Shown: piece after piece, positions 12,301-18,300 of the stretch
Numbering within the stretch: the stretch's first letter is position 1
Layout: each line of letters begins with the position of its first letter
From: Candidatus Desantisbacteria bacterium
GTDB lineage: Bacteria > JACRDZ01
Length of the DNA stretch: 37,767 nucleotides
Reading direction: 5' to 3'
Assembly (NCBI GenBank): GCA_016209155.1
Contig: JACQWU010000323.1
Location: forward strand, 1-37,767
The notes under the pieces: generated by a model
What the model was told of the DNA's origin: nothing
Database searches by the model: none
The model's input: the letters and a program-made list of their open reading frames with translations, nothing else
Translations under genes and position numbers: made by a program

Positions 12301-15300
12301 TCAATCCTGCTATCCCTGCTGCTGATTCCAAATGTCCTATGTTTGACTTCACTGATCCGATCGAACAGTATTGCTTATCCTCTGTATATTCCTTAAATGC
12401 CTTTGTTAGCCCTGTAATCTCTATCGGATCTCCCAGAGATGTCCCTGTTCCGTGAGCCTCTATATAACTAATTGTCCGAGGGTCTATATTTGCCCTCTTT
12501 AATGTCTCCTTTATCAGACTTGCCTGAGCATTGGGGTTCGGGACTGTGTATCCGCTTGTCTTCCCCCCCGCATTTATGAAAGACCCTTTGATGACAGCAT
12601 ATATCTGATCTCCATCTGCAATGGCTTTCTTTAACGGTTTTAATAGCACTGCTCCAATTCCTTCTCCATCCACAAATCCATCTGCATCATCACCAAATGC
12701 CCTGCATTTTTCATCTCTTGAAAGCATGTTCATACTCGATAAGTTGCTGTAGTGCGCTGAGTGAAGAATCAGATTGACTCCGCCAGCTATCGCTGCTTGA
12801 CTCTCACCTCTTTTGATGCTCTCGCATGCAAGGTGAATCGCTGTCAGAGATGCCGAACAAGCCGAGTCTATAGCTATGCTTGGTCCCTGAAGATTGAAAT
12901 AGTATGAAACCCTATTTGCTATCGACCAATATGCCACTGGACTACCGTATCGGACATAATTATTGTTCATTACTCCTACAAAAACCCCTACTTTGTAATC
13001 TATCTCAGCAAGCGCTTTTCTCGTAATACCTGCATCTTCAAATAATGACCATGCTGTCTCTAAAAATAAACGTTCTTGTGGATCCATATTTTCCGCTTCT
13101 TTGGGAGATATGTTGAAAAATAAGGGATCGAATCTATCTACTTCATTTATAAATCCTCCCCATTTGCTATAGCTTTTTCCTGTTTGTCTAGAATCAGGGT
13201 TGTAATACTTATGCCAGTCCCAGCGGTCTATGGGGACCTCGCTTATACAGCTTTTACCACTCCTGAGATTTTTCCAAAAAGACTTGAGACTCTCTGACAT
13301 GGGATAACGCCCACTCACACCGATGATCGCTATGTCATGAACAGTATCTGGATTTTTTGAATCATCTTCCGGTTTATCACCCATAGTCTTATTCTCTGAT
13401 TCTCCCTTCGTAAATCCATATTTCATCTCTGACAAACCTTTCTCTTTTTTTACTTTGTCAGTAGTAAATATCTGATTCGAATTTTCTAAAAAAGAAGGTC
13501 TTTCCAGACTAAATCTCTTTTTAATATCATTCGTATAATTTTTAATAAAATAGTCTGTCAATGCCCCTGCCGATGGGTATTCAAATAATAATGTAACCGG
13601 TAGCTTCCCAAAGTCCCGTTCAAAATTTTTATTAAGTTCCATTACTATAAGAGAATCCACACCGTATTTTTCAAAATTAGACTGTTCATCCATATCTGTT
13701 TTTTTTATCTGTAATACTTCTGAAAATATACTTTTGACATATTCCATTACCTTTTCCCGCAAACCATTTGCCGATGCTGGAATATTAATAGGCTTTTCAT
13801 TGTAGTTTGAACCAATATGTTTAATCTCTTCAGGATACCTCTCCTTTACTTCTTTCTCAGGCTTTTTATTTTCCTTTATCAGCACCATTCCATCGCTTTC
13901 TCCGATAATTATTCTCTGTGCTGTTTTATCTTCAGTTATATTTGGAAGACCCAAAATCTTAGCTTTCCTGAACCCGTTTGACTCAAATATTCCTCTCCAG
14001 TTTTCCATCTCTATCAAAGGTGAATTCTTCAAACGATTCTCACTATCATTAAAAAGCCACCATCCATCTGTTAGTCCGAATATCAGTGTAATAAAGTCTT
14101 GTACACGGATCAGTTCATTCAGTATAAATAAACCGCTTGTTTTAAGCAGTTTTTTGGTTTGATTTAAAGTGTTATCTATTCGTTTTGTGGCATGTATCAC
14201 ATTGGTGCCAATCACTACATCTATGCTATTAGGCTCGAAACCTTGTGCTTTAGGATCCTCCTCAATATTTAATGCCTTGAATTCTACAAAGGGATACTCT
14301 ACTCCAAATCTCTTTCTGCCGTACTGGGTAAATCCTACTGAAATATCAGTATAAAAATACCGAATCTTTTGTGCATATTCTCTAATTGCCTCTAAAACAA
14401 ATTTACTCGTTCCTCCTGTACCTGCTCCTATTTCCAAAATCTTTATCTGCTCAACATCACCTTTATGAAGCATATACCTTATGTAACCACTTACAATTGT
14501 TGCCATAAACTGATTATAATAATCTGCAATTACATTCCCCTTATAAACACCCTCTACTAATGAAAAGTCGCCCCCAGGAAACATAATTTCCATATAATCT
14601 CTTTTTCCTGTAAGAATATCCGGATAAGACTGTATACATGCCCAAAGGAGATCCACATGTGACCTTATCTCAGGATAAAGAGATAACAACTGTTTTTTCA
14701 TATTTACATTATCTTTTAACTCCTCTTTTAGTTCAGCATTTTCTAGTCGAGAATTGGTTAATATCTCCTGACCTGTAAGTTGGATGAATCCTGCTTTGAC
14801 TTGAATTTCCAGTAAAGCATCAAACATTTGGTAATAGTCAGGGATTATCTTTAATTGCATTATTAAATCTTCTTTATAGTATCGTTCTCCTTGATACTGA
14901 AACACGCCCATGCTTTGAAAAGTATAAATTAATAATTTATGACTAAACTTTTCCAACTCGCTAAAAGCCTGCAAAAGCCTAAGAACCGTATCAATTTCAG
15001 GTATTTTGGGTTGTACTTGTGTAATTACAGTTTCAAGGATTGATGGAATGGTCAGAGGATAAAGTTCAATCCAGCGATTCTGGTCTATTCCCATCATCTC
15101 GTATAAGCGTTTATCTGCTTTGACCGAAATGATTTGATCCACCCTATAAGCTAATGTTCTCTTAATTGCCTCCATACCTTCTTTAGGCTCTATTGAACCT
15201 AAACCCTGTGCTGAAAGCCTTCTTTTGTATTCTGCGTTTGCCACAATCCCCACACTTCCCCAGTAGCCCCAATTAATAATCTTCACCGGATAAGACTCAT

Positions 15301-18300
15301 TCTGATTAAGATAATGTGCATACGCATCTTTGAATGTACACCCTGCGATATAATTACTCTGACCTGCATTGCCTGCAAAAGAAAGAATCGAGGAGAAAAA
15401 CATCATAAAATCCAATTCTTCTCCTTTTAAAGCTTTGTGTAAAACCACACTGCCTCTGATCTTCGGAGCCAGTGCTAAGCGAAAAGTCTCTTCATCCATA
15501 TTTTTCAGGGTTTTATCTCTCAAGATAATGGCAGAATGAATAACTCCGTTGATCTTGCCAAACTTTGATTTAGTTTCTTTAACAACAGCTTTCATAGCAT
15601 CCAGGTCAATGGCATTAGCTTTCAGATAAAGAACTTCGCCGCCTTTGGATTCAATCAGAGAAATCGTTTCCTTCTGCTCTGCGCTGAGATTGCTTAGTCC
15701 TATCAGTACTAATTTTGCCTGTACTGTCTCAGCAAGATGTCGGCTTAATTCCAGCCCTATGCCTCCACCCCCGCCTAAGATTAAATAGACTCCGTTTTGC
15801 TTAAAAGGTGTTTGACTTACAGATGGCAGACTAACAGGCTCAAATATCCTCGTATACCGCTTATCATTCCTGATTACGACTTCATTGGCTTGATGATGAG
15901 GGGGTTCATCGAGTATCGTTTTAACTAATGTTTGCAATTTTTCTGAATTTTTATGTATGTTCTCTAAGCTTATGTCAATACAGGTTATCTCCCACTCCGG
16001 ATATTCTTTAGCTATGGTTTTGGTTAAACCAAACAGGCTTGCTCCGTATGGTCTTATGATCGCATCCGTCTGTATCTGATGAACATCGTTAGTAATAACT
16101 TTTAACTTAAGTTTTCTCTGGGAAAAGCCACAACTAGATAGTGATTTGATCAAACGGAACAGAGAGAGTATGCCTTCTTCCTGACTCTCTTCCAGATACA
16201 TTAGATCATCCATGTCACTGGCTCCAGTTTGTATTCCTCCAAGAAAATAGATAGTGTTAATATTTTCAAACTGTGTTATACAGTCATTTAGGGCAGTGAA
16301 ATCTCCTATTTTAATCTTACATTTATTTTTTGAATAGTGCTTTGTCTCATCTCCTAACTCAATCTCTATCACTTCATCTTTTGCATTTGCTTTTGCCAAT
16401 GGCTTTTTAAACGCTAAACTTTGAGATGAATAAATAATAAAAATTATTTTTTTATTTGTTCCATCCTTTGAATCTTCTGAAGACTCGATTCGCTTAATTG
16501 ATAATGGAGAAAATTTCCATTTAGGTAATACAAAAAAATCTTGGAACGGATTTTTATATCTTCGTAAGGACACATGACTAAATTCAATACATATTAAACC
16601 TTTATTATTTAAAAAGACTGCATTAAATTGATCCTCATCAATTCTTTTAACATAAGCATATCCCTGATCCTCGAGAGGATGAAATATTTTCACTTCATCT
16701 ATGCTGAATGGCAGTCTAGGTTGATCATGCAGGATTTCATCAGCTGCTGTAAGTCCAACTATAGTCTGAAGAACTCCGTCCAGCATAGTGGGATGAAATA
16801 TAAAGTTTTGAAATTCCTCCTTGAGTGTTTCAGGTAATGCAAGAATAGATAATGCTTCATTTTTATTGAGAAATAATTCTTGAATAGATTGAAGGCTCAG
16901 GCCATAGGCTAATCCCTTTTTTTGAAAATCTTCATAACACTCTTTCTTGCTCTTTCTAACAATACAATTCTTTTTCACAACATCAATATCAATATATTCA
17001 TTTTGGCTTTTTGCTAAATTTTCATATACTAATTCACCCTGTGCATGCATTATTTTTTGACTGTTCTCTCCGATGCTGCTCACTTCGTATGTTGTAGTAT
17101 TACCAGACGAATAGAGGTTGATTTGAATCTCATCTGATTTATTTGATATAGTTACAGGTCTTGCCCAGACAATATTCTTAAGGTTAATTACTTTTTTTCT
17201 GCTTTTAATCTCTTCTGCTGCGCATGCCATTTCAATACATGCAACCCCTGGTAATACCTTCTGTCCAGCTACTACATGATCTTTTAAATAAAATTCATTT
17301 CCAGTAAATAAGGTAGTGAATTTTTTACTTCTCGCATCTGAAACATCCTTGTGAAGGAGCGGATGCAATTTATCAATTCCTTTTTCTTTTGTACGAACCA
17401 AAAAGGATACATGATCGAATATGTATAATGGCAGGGATACTTTATGAAAAATTCCAGATTGATAAAGCGTTTCCCATTTTATATCCACCCCATGTAGCCA
17501 TAAATATAGTAAGGATTTTCTTAAATTAGCAGACATATCTCCTGATATACCTAAATTTATTGATCTGTCTGTATCATCACAATGAATACCTATACCCAGA
17601 TTTAAAAATTTAAATTTTTCTACAGTTGCTGGAATGCCTGATATTAATAGCGCTTTTTTAATCCAGTCATGAATATCAAAAATTTCGCTAAGATTTTGAT
17701 TTTGATCTTTAAGATATTGATACGGATTTTTTAAATTCAAATTATTTTGTCTTTTATTAAGGATATCTACGATAGATTCAAAATCAGGAGTTTTGCTGCA
17801 TAATAATCCAAACAACATTTCTTTAGGTAAAACATCATCTACAATAAGGTCTATCAATTCATACAGTCTTCCATCAAGAACTCGCTGATCCTGAGACAGA
17901 TTCCATTTTTGATCGAGTCTCTGAAGAGAACTCAAAATCACTACTAAAAATAATAGTCTCTCATGCTCAGTATAAATATTTCCTGACAGTAAAAAATTGT
18001 CATCATAAAGCATTTCCATAAAACTGCATTCTGATTGTTTTAGAATGACATTCCATTCTTCTAGATATTTTTTAAAGGTAAACTGACTTGAATTTAATAA
18101 GCGTGCTTTTTGTATAAAATGATTTAACACTTCTTGTGGGACACTCAATCCATCTACAAGCAATTTGAGATAGGTTTTATTAAAATTATATGGTCTTAAT
18201 ACTTGCTCAGTAACATGATCATAAAAAGGAATGGCGGGACGATAAAACTTAACTTGTTGTAGCTCTTTATTATCCGTTAATATACCAAAGATATCCTCCA

